Origin: Paramecium tetraurelia | Taxonomy: Eukaryota | Assembly: GCA_000165425.1 (NCBI GenBank) | Contig: CT868352.1 | Coordinates: 1-64,000 of the forward strand | Direction of reading: 5' to 3' | DNA length: 64,000 nucleotides | In this document: one piece after another, positions 27,181 to 40,891 of the stretch | How positions within the stretch are numbered: the stretch's first letter is position 1 | How the letters are laid out: each line of letters opens with the position of its first letter | The notes under the pieces: model-generated | What the model was told of the DNA's origin: nothing | What the model saw: only the letters and a program-made list of their open reading frames with translations | Databases searched by the model: none | Position numbers and translations under genes: made by a program

Positions 27181-28046
27181 TTTCTCTTTTAAATATAAAT
27201 TATGAAACTAAAATAAATATTTGAATAAAAAGAAAAATAATATAACTAAAATGGAATTTTGGATTATATAACCCAAAGATGTAATCAATATCCAATATTT
27301 ATTAATATTAGTTGATTTACAAACAGGATTTTGAATTAATAATTATTATCGTTATGAAATTTAATTTTCTTATTATTGTATTATGAATTCATACCTGATA
27401 CAGTTAGAATTGCTAATATATAAATGTATTTGCTATAATGAGCCTAGGGATTATTTTAGGTATTTATAAAATTGGATTTATTTTTAATCTAATTTCATCA
27501 ATTAAGAAATTAGGGTTATCTACCATTTAATTTCATTAAATCTATTGAGATTGGACATGTAAATTAACTTGATTTTGCTAAATGACTGTAACTTATCTTA
27601 TAATTGTTTTCATGATTATTCTATTATTCTTATGAAGGCTCTCTACTATTTTAAGTTATCTATTATTTGTGTGTCTAAATTAATTTATTTTTATAAATAG
27701 CATTTAAAGTTCAACTATATAAATCATCAAATTCTTATAGTTCAAGACACTTAGTTCTAGTTCATCGAATTTCCTTTATACTATAATTTAAATAAATAGC
27801 CATGTTGCTCAAAAAGGAATAAATTAGTTATAATTTTTGAGATGGAATGAAATACCAATTGGTTTAGAAATAACATATGATATTTAGACCTTGTTTTATT
27901 ATTATAAAATGTATGTTATATATGAAACTGAGAGATGAAAGTGAATCTACATTTACGAAGGAAGTAATGGATATCATTAATATTTTCTTTGTTTGCATGA
28001 TATTTTTGATTAAAAAAATAAATTAAATCTTTTATTAAATAAATAA

Positions 28047-28362
28047 ATGGCAAGAGGTACACCCGCAATCGGTAAAAGACACTAAAAGACTCATACATTT
28101 TGCAAGAGATGTGGTAGATAAACATTCCACATTCAAAAAAATAGATGTGCTTCATGTGGATATCCAGCTGCAAGATTAAGACTTTGTAAGAAAATCAATT
28201 AATACAATAATAGACAGCGGATGGGGAGAAAAAGTTGCTAGACGTAGATCAACAGGAACAGGAAGAATGAGATATTTGAAATCTATAGCTAGAAGAGCAA
28301 AGAATGGTTTCAGAGCAGGAACTTAAGCATAACCAAAAGTCAAGAATACTTAGAAAAAATGA
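28047..28362 (+). CDS. RPL37: 60S ribosomal protein L37 (eL37)
   Basis: [40 protein letters not shown]...[10 protein letters not shown]; 28-nt intron 28186-28213. Confidence 0.97.
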
Positions 28363-28703
28363 TTATCATGTTTTTTTATTAATAGTACATTAGTTTTCAC
28401 ATCAATTCTTTTATAGCAGCAAATATTGAAAAATTTCCATAATTAATAATAAATAAATTATGTATGTTTAATCCAGTTATTAGAAATTAAAACTGACTAT
28501 GAAATAACTAGTATTTCTTCATTATTTCTTACTCAATCTTAAACTTAAAATACTCAACTCCATAAATAAGTTTCTTATTATGTATCAAATATTGATTTAC
28601 CAAAACCCTATTCAAAAATAATATTATCATTAATAAATAACTTGAAACAAATATATATAATAGACTATTTTTGCTATAAACTTTAGTTATCATACATATT
28701 CTC

Positions 28704-29679
28704 TCAATTTTATTCCATCCACAATAATGCAACATTGTCATATGATGCTGTAACAAAGGCATTTTATTACCTACTCAAGGTTATAGAACTTAAGCATTTA
28801 TCATGAAGTTTTCTTGTTATCTGACATTTTCCTGTGAGGATATCATAAATTACTATTATATTAACAAATAATACACAATTTTCCATCTTCAGAGCCTGTT
28901 AATAACATCCCATCATTCCAAGAAAACTCGCAATTAATTGAATACTAATTACTGATATGGCTACCTTAGAGAGCAGCTAAGATTGTCCCAGAACTCTTTT
29001 CTAAAATTCTAATTATAGAATCATTGCAACTTAATGCAAATAATCTATCATCGAAACTAGAACTAAATTTAAAGATTCCTGCCTTAACAAAGTCTTCTTA
29101 AATTATTCCTTTTCTTAGATCGAAAGTTCTTTTATAAAAAATAATGTAATAATACCTAATATGTCCATCAACTGAGGAAACTACCATATTATGATTAAAG
29201 AAGGAAATTTAGGTTACACTATCTTAAAAGTTTTTGATTCTTTGTATTGGCTAATTTTGCTTTTTATCTTTTAAATCCCATATTTTCACTTCACAATCAT
29301 ATCCTCCTGTAGCTAAAATAGATTATTCTCCTCCTATTCCAATACAATTTATTCTAGTACTATGAGGTCCAAATTTTTTAATCACCTGGCCTGTTGCCAC
29401 ATCCCACAAAAAAGCAATTTTATCTCCTCCACAAGATGCAAATTTAGAATTATCTTATAGAATATCTAGGTCTTATACTTCATAATTATGTGCCCCAAAA
29501 TATTATTTTAGTTATGTTTCCTTATATGGATTCCATAATATAATAGATCTATCCTAAGAACCAGTTAATAAATATTATCCATCAAAGTTGAACTTAGCTA
29601 CATAAATCTGTGCTTTGTGACCTTATAGAGCACGCTATGGTTCATAAAGATGGAAATTTTAGGTTTTACTTTTATTCAT
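28704..29679 (-). CDS. WDR83: WD40-repeat protein, WDR83/MORG1-like
   Basis: GHKAQIYVAKFNFDGQYLLTGSQDRSIILWNP...HNYEVQDLDILQDNSKFASCGGDKIAFLWDVATG. Confidence 0.85.
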
Positions 29680-30389
29680 TTATTTTAATAATTATATTAA
29701 TCATAAATGAGATAAAGATGGAGCATTGGATCTAATATTCTATAGTAGTATCGACTATCCAAGGATTTAATCTATTAATGAATATGTTGTGAATTACTTG
29801 ATAAACAGAATCATGTCAAAGTTAAAATATGTTTTGCTTTGCTTTTACAACTTTGATCTTATGCATCTACAAGGGGTAAATAGGTTTCATAATAACGTTC
29901 TGTTACTGTTGAATCTGTAGAATCTAAATAAATAAAGTTACTACTTGTTTCATTAAAGAGTATTTGTAAATCAGAAATAGATAAGGATGTGAATCTTTTG
30001 ATCTCCATTTTTTTAAGGAACTTCTGTATCATGAGGCAAACCATTAAACTCTGCCTTAGCTAATTAATCGATACCAATCATTATGAACTCTTTTACTTCA
30101 TTTTACATACATTCTAACATGCAATAAGGCTGGATTCAATTGTATAGCTGTATTTGAATCAGGATGGTCTTAAAACAATTATTCATAATCATTCTTGAAT
30201 TATTTGTTTGCATTCAATATTCATTGTTCTATAAATATAGTTATTTTTATATTTAAGATCAATCCAAATAATTTATCATTGCAATCATCTAAAATATTTG
30301 ATCAATCAATTATATATTTAATTAATCTCTCTTTCCTAATTAATATTCTACGTTGAGACTTCAGAATTATTAATTTTAATTTTAATTTG

Positions 30390-33300
30390 ATGGGGAATGC
30401 AATTTCAAATGGGAAATTGATATCTCCAATATCCATTGATGCTTAGATAAAGGAGTCCTAATTAACAATGAGATTCATGTTGGATCAAAAGAAATTAATG
30501 GCTTAAAAAAATACAATACCAAAGGATTTTGATCAATAGCTTACCGCACTGATTAAAGAGTTGAAAGTGGAGCCAAAGCTTCTCTAACAGTTCTAAAGCA
30601 CTCCTTAAAGTAAAATCACATAATATAAGTTAGACTTTAAATGCTTAATTCTGAATGAATATAAAAATATCACAGGGAAGAATTTATTATAAAATGTACC
30701 AAATGATGAAGTGACCTACTTCACTTAAAAGTTATCTAATCCAACACTTTAGGATCTAGAATAATTGAGAAGGTATCTCAAAAACCTATAGATTCAAGAC
30801 TAATAAGATTAATTGGAACAATTTCACACCATAATCAATTTACTTATAGAAAACTTATTTAAATTTCACCAGCAAGCTCAATAAGTAATTGAGAAAAAGA
30901 AGCCTCCTTGTTATCTATATTAGGTCTAAATCCTTAACATTCTTGAAATTTTAGTGAAAATAGAAAAAATCTAATAATAAATGCTACATATCCCAGATTC
31001 TATGGATATCATCTTGAAAAATCTACATCCATTTCATGTTGAATTAACAACAACAGTATTAGAAATTGCATCTCATTTATGTTGGCATACAGATGAAGGA
31101 TACAATTGGGTACTTAAAAGTTTGAATAAATTGTATGAAGAGAGCGAAATCATCTTCTTTGTGAATACCTTAAAAAAGAGTAGAAATGCTGTCATGATTG
31201 CAACAATATGCGTATTTATAGTGACTTTAACTGAATCTCCAACCTAGGAAGAAGAAAGAAAAAGAATGCGTTAATAATTTATAGCATCTGGAATGGCTGA
31301 TGTTTATAGAATGATCACTAATAAAATAGAAGAATTTGAATACAAAGCTGATGAATTAAGATTTGAAGTCGTTTTGTAATAGATAATTGATAGCAATAAG
31401 TAAAAACACTAAATACAAACTGATCCAAATTACACTGAAGAAATTAAACTGCCAATGCTCTATCAAAGAGAATCCAGAAAGTGCTATGATATTGGAGAGT
31501 TTTCAAATTCAATTAAAATTATTGAAGGACAAATTGAGGCATTTTTGGAGAATAATAAAGACGTGCCTATTTAATAATAACAAGAACCAAAAAAATAGGA
31601 AGTAAAATAGCATGCAAAACATTTAAAATCTACTTTCCTTACACCTCAATATCTAAATTTAATTTAAGATGAAATGGGAAAAGCGAATTTAACAAATCTA
31701 TAAAGAACAGTTGAAAATATTAAACATGAATCCAAAATTAGAGGGAGTCAAATTGTTACTGAATTTGCAGAAGGTATTTCGAAATACATTGATAAACTCA
31801 ATATACCGACTTAAAAAGATAATGAAAATACAGAGAGTTAATAATTAGAAGTAATGAAATAATAGGTAGAAGACTTGCATGAAAAAATTGCAAGTTTAGA
31901 AAATGAAATTAAAGATATGAATACTAAAAAATAGTCAAACGAAGCCTTTGTTGATGTTTTATAGAGGAAGATTGGTGATTTAGAAAAAAAATAGAAATTA
32001 GATTAAACTAACTAATCCCAACTAAATGAGTAATTGGCTTCTAAAAATAAAGATTATAGAGCACTTTAATAAGAAAATGAATCATAAAAAAAATCTATCT
32101 AACAACTAGAAAATGAGGTTTATCAATTAAAGGAAAAACTGAATATCATGCAATTGGCCAAAGCTTAAAAAATGGAATTAGAAGCACCCCCTCAAAGGCT
32201 TTCTCATAAATAAGATAACTCTGAAGAGTTTAAACAACAACTAGACTCGCTCAAATAAGAGTTACATTAATAAAATCAAAAATTCATCACTTAAGAAAAT
32301 GAAATTAAAAGTAATTTTATCTAATTTGATAATAGAATTTTAATAATTATTGAAAGAACAAAGTGAAAATCTCCAAGCAAAAGAGATTCTATTGACAGAA
32401 AAGAATAAGGAGTGTAGAGAGCTATAAGCAACGAATGAAAAATTGATAAAAAAGAAATATGCTAAAAAATTATAATTACAATAATTGAGAGAAAAAGTTT
32501 AATCTGTAAATTATGTTAAAACCCAAGCTACAAAAATTTAAAGTGAGCTCAAAACTATTGAGTAATATCAAGACGAGCTTATAAGATTAAATAATATTAT
32601 AGAAGAATAAGCCATCCTTTTAGAATAATAAAAAAAAGATATATCAAAACTTGATGAAGTAAGAGAAAGCTAAAAAGTGTCTGAGTTAAAAATTAATCAA
32701 ATTGAAGAAGAAAATAAAAGTATATAATTAATAAATTATTTCCTTAGAACAGTCAATCAATACTTAAGCTCTGCAAGATAAGCTGCAATAATTATAAAAA
32801 GAAAAGGAAAATTTAGAATAAAAATTACTTACTTAACAATAAAACATACAAAATTCTGTTCAATCTAGTAATGCATTTGTACCACCGCCTCCACCTCCGC
32901 CTCCTCCTCCTGGCGGTTCAAAAACTTTACCCCGTCCTCCACCACCACCTCCTCCTCCTCCTCCTCCAGGAGGTAAAAGTGCTCCACCACCACCGCCACC
33001 TCCTCCACCTCCAGGGGGTAAAGGAGCTCCTCCTCCTCCTCCGCCACCACCTCCTCCAGGATCAAAAACAGGCCCACCACCACCTCCTCCTCCTCCTCCA
33101 CCTGGTGCTAAGACAGGATCAGCACCACCTCCTCCTCCTCCACCTGGAGGGCCAAGACCACCAGGACCTCCACCTCCTCCTGGAGGAGCTCCTCCACTAC
33201 CTCCAGGTCCACGACCTCCTGGTGGCCCAGATCCTTAATTTGGTGCATCAGCTGGAAAATAAAAACATAAACCTAATGTCTAATTAAAATAAGTTTGCTG

Positions 33301-34765
33301 GACAGTTATTAAGCCAGAATAAATTAAAAATACTGTATGGGAATAGATAGATGATACTAAATTAAAAATGGATTTTACTATTATTGAGAATCTCTTTGCA
33401 GTCAAGCCAACATAAAGTAATGCAAACGCTTAAGGTGGAGCCAATCAACCTTAGAAGCCAGCTAAAATTTCAATGCTGGGTCCTGAAAGAGTGAAAAATT
33501 TAGAAATTGTTTTAGGCAAACTTAAAATGTCAAATCAAGTAATAGTTGATAGTCTCTACCAGTAAATTTATTAAATTTATTTTAAAGACTTGATGAAACT
33601 GTCTTAAAACCAAATGTAGTAGAATCCTTGATTACAGCAATGCCAAACGAGACAGAGACAGGATTGTGGCAGGATCAAGATCAATCAAATTTAGCAATAC
33701 CAGATATTTTTTGTATAAATATTAGCTCAGTAAAGGGCTATGATTTTAGGTAACTAATTCAATATAATTTAGATTATTATCATTGAAATTTAAATTTAAT
33801 TACAAGGAATTAACAGAAGATTTACAATAGAAAATGGTTGGCTTTTAAAAATTGATTGAGAAAACTAGAAATGATAAGAGTACAAAAGTTATAATGGAAT
33901 ATGCATTAGCGGCTGGAAATTATATGAATGGTTAATCTGCTAGAGGAGGTGCATATGGATTTAAATTTGATATGATGGAAAAGTTAGCTGATGTTAAAAC
34001 CACAGACAACAAAAGCAGCTTATTGATGTTTATTATACAGAAAGCCGAGGAAGATTTAAAATAAGAATTAGTGATTGTTGATGAAAACATAGACGAAATA
34101 GAATTAGCTGGTACATCATTGAGTTCAATTTTTAGCTAAAACTCCTTTGTCTTAGTTGGGTGCAGATTTGAATGAGTTAAAAAAGAATTCTAGGACAGTT
34201 GATAAGGCTATCAAATCAAAGGTATCTCCTCCGATACAAGATTTAGTAGAAGAAAAACTATAGGATTTTTATTAATAAGTTATGACTTAATTAGCTGAAT
34301 ATGAGACCTTATTAAAGCAACTTGAATCATAATATGATGATCTTTCTAATTTTTATGCTGAAGCCAAAGTTCCTTTTGATAAATTTTTTGAAAAATTTTA
34401 CAAGTACAAAACAGTATTAAGATAAGCAAAGTAAAATATTAATAAAATCAAATTGGCAGAGTAAAAAGAATTAGAAAAAAAGAAAAAGCTAGAACAATAG
34501 CAGCAAAGTTAATAATCATAACAATAATAATAATAATAATAACAATAATAGTAAGAATAGGCATAAATTAAAAAAAAATAGGAGGGTATTTATTAAATGT
34601 AATTTAGACAATTCACTATCAGGGTTAAAGAAGCTTGATAAAGCGTAAATTTTAAATGAAGTTGCGAAACGAAGAGAATCAAAGAAAACTAGTATTCAGT
34701 AACTAGCAAGTATTTTGGTAAAGCAATAACTGTAGACAACTTAAGCTCAAACTCAGGAACAATGA
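30390..34765 (+). CDS. Formin (N-terminal helical region, coiled coil, FH1, FH2)
   Basis: MGNAIS start, poly-Pro FH1 at about 32880-33235, FH2 motifs LKQVCW..TVW and LAAGNYMNGQSARGGAYGFKFDMMEKLADVK; multiple tiny introns. Confidence 0.93.
32880..33235 (+). repeat. CCN-rich poly-proline (FH1) repeat
   Basis: Recurrent PPPPPPPP-GG/GxK blocks encoded by cct/cca; the only strongly GC-rich island in the window. Confidence 0.95.
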
Positions 34766-36166
34766 AAATTCGGTAGTAAAATAAATATTATTTAAAATAA
34801 ATTCTTCAACAATTTTTCAAATTTTTATATGGATATTCAATAATTATAATCGTGAAAGCTGAAAAGTTAAAATTTCTTTTAAATCTTTAACAATAAAAAA
34901 CGATCATTCTTATTCACTAATGGTTAGAACTAACTTTTTTATTGAGAAGCTTTAGCAGAAAAATTGGTAAAATTAAGAAAAACAATAAGTGTATCCAGTC
35001 TCTAAACTTCTAGATCTCTATCAAACATAATTTGGACTATGACGTAAATAACTAATAATAACTCAAATGTAGTTTCTGAAAAATATTTTAATTAAAAATA
35101 TGTCAAAATTCTAGAAACTTTCGCTTCTATATCTCTATAAGCTCTTTATAACCTAATTTTTCCAAATTGGTATATTCTCTTATAAGGAATGATTCTATGT
35201 GTGGAATTTCATTATAATAGCAAAGTTAGCCAGAAACTGATATATAAAATAATGAAAAAATAACATATAAGTCTACTAAAAGGTGAAGTATTTAAGCTAA
35301 AGAAAGTTCCTTCATAAATTTACTGGCTTGATTCGAATTATTTATACTGGTTTTAACAAAAATAGATCAGAAGTCTAATAAAATATAGGGAAACCACTTA
35401 TTTTTCAAGTTTAAAGATATCAAAGGCGATTCATACTTATTAATCTAAAAGGAAAATTTAATCAAGATAGTTTATTACATTGATTTACATTAAAAAGTTT
35501 TAAGGAATTTACTTAGCAAATAGAGATTCGAAATTACTTTGAATTGCTAATCCATAGCATAGAGACAGAGGTGATTCAATAGGGATAAATTTAAATAGAG
35601 TCTTTCACTTTTTTTATTCAATGTAAAGCAAATAATTTAATTTTATTACAGTCTCATTAATATAATTAATCATTTTAATTTAGAAATATTTAAGTTTTCT
35701 TTGAAAATAAGGTACTTAAACAATCTTAGATTTATATTCTTCTTTGACATACCAACTTATACCATTATTAGATAGGTAAACAAAAGTCCTTAAGGAAAAG
35801 AAATTTTAATTAACAAAATATAGTCAAAAGGAAACTGAGGCTAACGCATTTAGGTATTATTGTAATTTATACTAAGAATTATCTAAAAGGAATTTCTGTT
35901 TTGATATCAAGTTTCATTATTAATTTATAATAATTTTAAGTTAATTTTCATAAGTTTGATTTTGACATAAAAAAAAAAAAATAAATTAATGATGCAAATA
36001 AAGCTTCTTTTAATACTTAAATGAATTCGAAATATAGTGGTATTTCTAGTAATCATGATTAAAATAAAATTAGACTATTATTACAGTACTATTTTTATAT
36101 TAACTCCCATATAATAACAAATAATTTATTTAATAAGTTTGCCGAAAACATAAGATAATTAAAATA

Positions 36167-37824
36167 ATGTGCTTCCGTAATTGTTTGAGGAAATAAAAAA
36201 TGGAAAATTAAATTATTTTTGGGATAACTGCAATAATGCTGATTTCAACTATATTTATTGGGATTGCCTTTCTTATTTAGAATATAGTGTTGTTTAAAAT
36301 GATATAAGCCTCATCATCTATAATTTTTATTCGACAAGAAAATAATTCGATTTAAAACCTTGGCTAATCAATCAAACAATACTTTATTAGAAAACACGAA
36401 CAATGTAGCAAATAGTTTTATTATTAGACATCTATAGATTGAATAACATAAATAAATTATTTCAATATTATTCTGATATTGAGCTAAAGCTGAAGAAAAT
36501 GGATAATTTGGAGTCTTGTCTTTATTAAGATGATGTCAATGACAATTACATTCGTTATTCTGCAGCCTAATTTTGCTATTAAGCTTGTGGATCGAGCGAT
36601 CATTTTACATTACCTTAAGACGATTAAACCATAGAGATTTTTAATTAAACAACATAAATTTTGAATTAGTTCACCATCAGTTTTCCAGTAACATTAGAAT
36701 CTGTATTGTCGTATGCAGATCTGTCAGACACTCAGTTCTACTCTGCTTATCCCTTAGCCTACTCAGTCAAAGGTTATTAACCAAAGAAAAGATTATGGTA
36801 CACGAATCACGTATAATAAATGAAGTTAAACCCTAAGAGTAGTTTTTTCTATTCTCCTGCCTTTTTGGTTGTGCATCTTAAAACCTATGCTATTTCATTA
36901 ACTTACACTCTATAGAATTCATAGAAGGAAAGTATTGGGATAGCCTAATAATTGATATAATTAATTGATTCAGCCATTTAAGATCTTCCTTATAATGCTT
37001 TAATAATAAACAAAGAAGGTTAGTTGGTATTGAATGCAGCTGACTTTGAATATGACTCCAAAAATATTAATTATATTTATAACTAATCATTAACCGGTTT
37101 TAATTAAAGTGACTGGGAGTTTATGCAAGAACTGTCAAAGAATAAGAGTAATCTAAAAAATTGCAATGATTTTGAAAATGTTTACTGTCTATATGATAAG
37201 TTGTACAACTCTACAATTATTTTATTTACAACACAATTGAAAAACGAGAATTTTACTATTTTATTGTAATAATATTGTTGATGATAATATAGATATACAA
37301 ATTTTACTATGTAGCAACAAGTCAATGAGCAAATGGATTTACTGTAATTAGGACTAGTAGACGTCGTATATAGAATTTGTCTTGAACACTTGGCATCAAT
37401 AGTTATAATCACAGTAGTTTCGATGTTGGCAGTAAGGATGTTATTTTCGCCTCTAAAATATTTGATGAATAGCATAAAAAATCACATATTGTAAATTGGA
37501 AATAATTTGAACAGAGAATTGTTTAAGATGCTTCACATTTCTAAGAAAAAAAAAGTGAATACTTTTTCGAAGTTAACATTTGAGATATTAAAATTTTAGG
37601 ATATATTGAACACCGTAAAGACTCATAGAAATCCAATATGCTATTAAATAGAAAAATTTCAATATAAGTTTAAGAATGAAGGAGAGAGGAATATGAATTT
37701 ATTTTTTGATGAAATTTTCTTTTCTAAAATTGACTAGTAAAATGAGTTGAATGAAAAGAAACTATATCTCTTATGCAAATAGTTAATTCATGAATAATAT
37801 AATTATCAAAATCATTATAATTGA
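36167..37824 (+). CDS. Two-TM membrane protein with extracellular Cache-like domain
   Basis: N-terminal TM, YSAYP...GYQPKKRLWY...YSPAF Cache-like motif, second TM followed by FSPLKYL; 23-nt intron. Confidence 0.7.
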
Positions 37825-38063
37825 ATTTATTATAAAATATGGTATTTTTCAATTATGAGGATCTCATATTAAATAGGATAATAAATATTATATAAATATT
37901 TCGGTTTATTTGTTCGAATTATATTGAATTATTGTAAAAAAGGAAATAAAACGCTTAAAATTGAAGAACTTCCCCTGAAATGTGCATTTGTATAGAATTT
38001 GGATCGAGTCAACTTTCGTTTAATTGATATTCGATATAATAATAACTCAACACAATAATAAAG

Positions 38064-38405
38064 TCAATAAATAAAACAGCAATTAGACTATTCGCTTAGT
38101 TCTGGTTGTAGTTTAGTCTTGTTCTAAACTTTTTAACAGTTCAACATTTCATTATAATCTTCATCAACTTAATTGTCCTAATTATATTGTTCTTCTGATA
38201 GAATGTCCATGAAAGTTCTCGGCGTGGTCTATTAACTAGCAAATGCAATTTTATGAGATCCTCCTTTCATTATTTCATTTCCAGCCCAATCCAATCTTGG
38301 GAAGGCTTGATTTATTTTCTGTTAAGATGATTTCAGTATTGGTTTTATGGGTAAGGTTTGAGAGTCTCTTGATTCATTAGTGTTGATTAATTCGGTTGAA
38401 GACAT
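38064..38405 (-). CDS. Small protein with PILK and KIAF motifs and C-terminal CaaX-like CCFIY
   Basis: 114 codons: KPILKSS...RLDWAGNEIMKGGSHKIAF...SNCCFIY-TGA. Confidence 0.8.
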
Positions 38406-38582
38406 TATCTTAAAAAGAAAAATAATGAATTTTAATATTAAGAATTTATTGATTTCTCAGAAGTAAATTAAAGATCTAATTCCAAATAATACAGACTCAA
38501 AGATCACGATTAGAATTGCAATATGATTCAATCTGACTTTGATTACTATTATTGGACATTATGAGGAATAAATTAATTATAT

Positions 38583-39470
38583 ATGCTTAATTAAGAAAAT
38601 TACAAAATATAACAATTTTTAGTACATCTCTTCAATGTTGATACTTCCTACTCTACATGCTTTCATTTAACTGAACCTATGCTTTATCAACTTTTCATTG
38701 AATAGGATCATCAAGAAAGCCAAAGAGAAGATTTCACATCATTCGTTGAGTAGTACCAAATGATTTATAGAAAAGAGTTTAAGCCCATATCTGCTAGAAC
38801 AAATTTGAATTAATAGAGCTTAGATAATGTGAAACCTTTTACATATCCATCAAATTCTTATGTGTGGATCAAAGCAAAATAAAAAAAATTAAAATAACAA
38901 CTAACAGAATAGGCATCAAGAGAAAAATCAATATCGACCTAAAAACAATCAAGATCTAATTAAGCTATCGTTTACGAAAGCTTATAACTAAATCCACCGA
39001 AATAAATGAAGAATAATATTTTGATTCAATCCCCAAAAATTGTCAAAAAAGGATCAAATAGCTTGACTTTTGGATTGAATTCAAGAAATAGAAACTTAGA
39101 AAATGATTTAAAATAAAGTTTAAAAACTCCACAATTTAAATAGCCAAGATTCTCTGAATTCAAAAAAGGGAATTCTCTTGAAAGGTAAAAAGACTCTTTG
39201 AAATTTGTGGGTAAGAGTAAACTGACTAAAGAATCAATTCCATAATCTCATATTTAAAGACTTAGAAGTCTATCAGGAACTGAAAAATTAGCTGCTCATC
39301 AATTAATCATTGGAACCATTAATGAAATTAACTAATTAGTACACAAAATGGAAGAACCAAAATTAGACAGAATCCAATCAGAAGAGAGTCCTGCTGTGTA
39401 AGTACCTTCTAGATTAGGGATTGTGCCAGCTAAATTGATCTCAATAGATGTTAAAAAATATAAACAATGA
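38583..39470 (+). CDS. Hypothetical protein
   Basis: Intronless 296-codon frame in code 6. Confidence 0.65.
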
Positions 39471-39766
39471 AATAATTGAATTTATGTTTACATAATTATT
39501 TAACATTTATTTGGTTGTCTCACCTTATAGGCTTATAACAAAGCAACTAAAAATTTCATTTTTCTTAATTAAATTCCTATATTGTTTTTTTAGAAAATAT
39601 TTATATATTCATTCAAACTACCAATGTTTCCAATCTTACTCACTATTTTTAACAATTTTACTTTCTTTCTTTGTGTTACCACATTCAATTCTCATTTAAG
39701 TTACAGAATAAGGGTTTCATTTATGTTTCATTATTTATATTTTAATTTGTTGATCTGTTAAATAAT

Positions 39767-40744
39767 ATGAGGAAATCACTGGCACAATGCTTGCATAAAT
39801 CATCATTTTTAAGTCAAAGATAAACAAATCCTGATGTCACTTAAGATAAGAAATTAGGAGTGAGATTTGCTACCTAATATTAATTGAGTGTTCCTGATAT
39901 TGTGACAAGCGATCCAAATTAATTAGAATTGATAAGAATAAAAGAAAAATACAAATGGAAATGCGAAGAACTTGATAGAACAAAGTAAGCAATGGAAGAA
40001 GAACATAAATCAATTGAAGAGAGGGCTAATGTAAATTTGTGTTTATATTAAGAAATTAAATAAAGGAGAAAAAGAAATGAGACTTCTGACAACATAAATT
40101 AAGGAGAAGCTTAACATTTTGGGAGAACAGGAACATAATTTTAAGGAGAAAGTACTCTTATAAGAAGAGAAGATGAAGGAGAGGGAATAATAGTTATTGA
40201 ATAGCAAAAAATAATTAGAGGAATAGTAAAACACATTTGAAATTGAAAAAAATAAATTGAAGATTAGAGAGAAATGTTTACAAGAGAAAGAATTTATAGT
40301 TGATTTAAAATTAAGAGAGGCTGAGCAATATGTTGAAAAGTTGAAACATCAATTACAAAGTGTGAATTAAAAGGAAAGTATATCTATTTATATTAATATT
40401 AAGATTACTATCATTCATAAATAGATAAATTGAATTCAGGACTACAGACTATTATTTAGCATGAATTATCAATAAAAAACATTGAATTTAATTTGAGCAA
40501 ATAGGTCCAATAATTAAGAGAAGTAGAACAAAGTTTAATTGAATAATTGCAGAATTGTAAACAATAAGAGGAAGTATTTGATTAAAGAGATTTAAATATT
40601 TAAGTTAGTGAATAATTAATCAAACGGAAATTGGAATGGGATAATAAGTAAATTCAATCCGCCAAGATATCTAAGATAAACACCGAAAATTCAAGAATGG
40701 AGATCTCCAATTTTGCTCATTCTGCTTTTTCGCAAAAATACTGA
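39767..40744 (+). CDS. Hypothetical coiled-coil protein
   Basis: ATG 39767, E/K/Q heptads, two tiny introns, TGA 40742-40744. Confidence 0.7.
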
Positions 40745-40891
40745 AAAACTATTAAAATTACTATAATAAATCACAATTTATAAGAAGATCTTATCTTCCG
40801 ACTCTAACAAATAACCCCTAAATAATTATTTATATATATCTGATATAATTGAGTGGAAACTATCATATTGTGGATAAATTATATATTAAGT

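Noticed and set aside
27916..28173. 85-aa minus-strand ORF
   Set aside because: Antisense to RPL37 and its upstream region.
32865..33287. ORF-track entries rich in E/V (minus) and H/L (plus)
   Set aside because: Antisense and off-frame shadows of the formin poly-proline FH1 region; not separate genes and not a horizontally acquired GC island.
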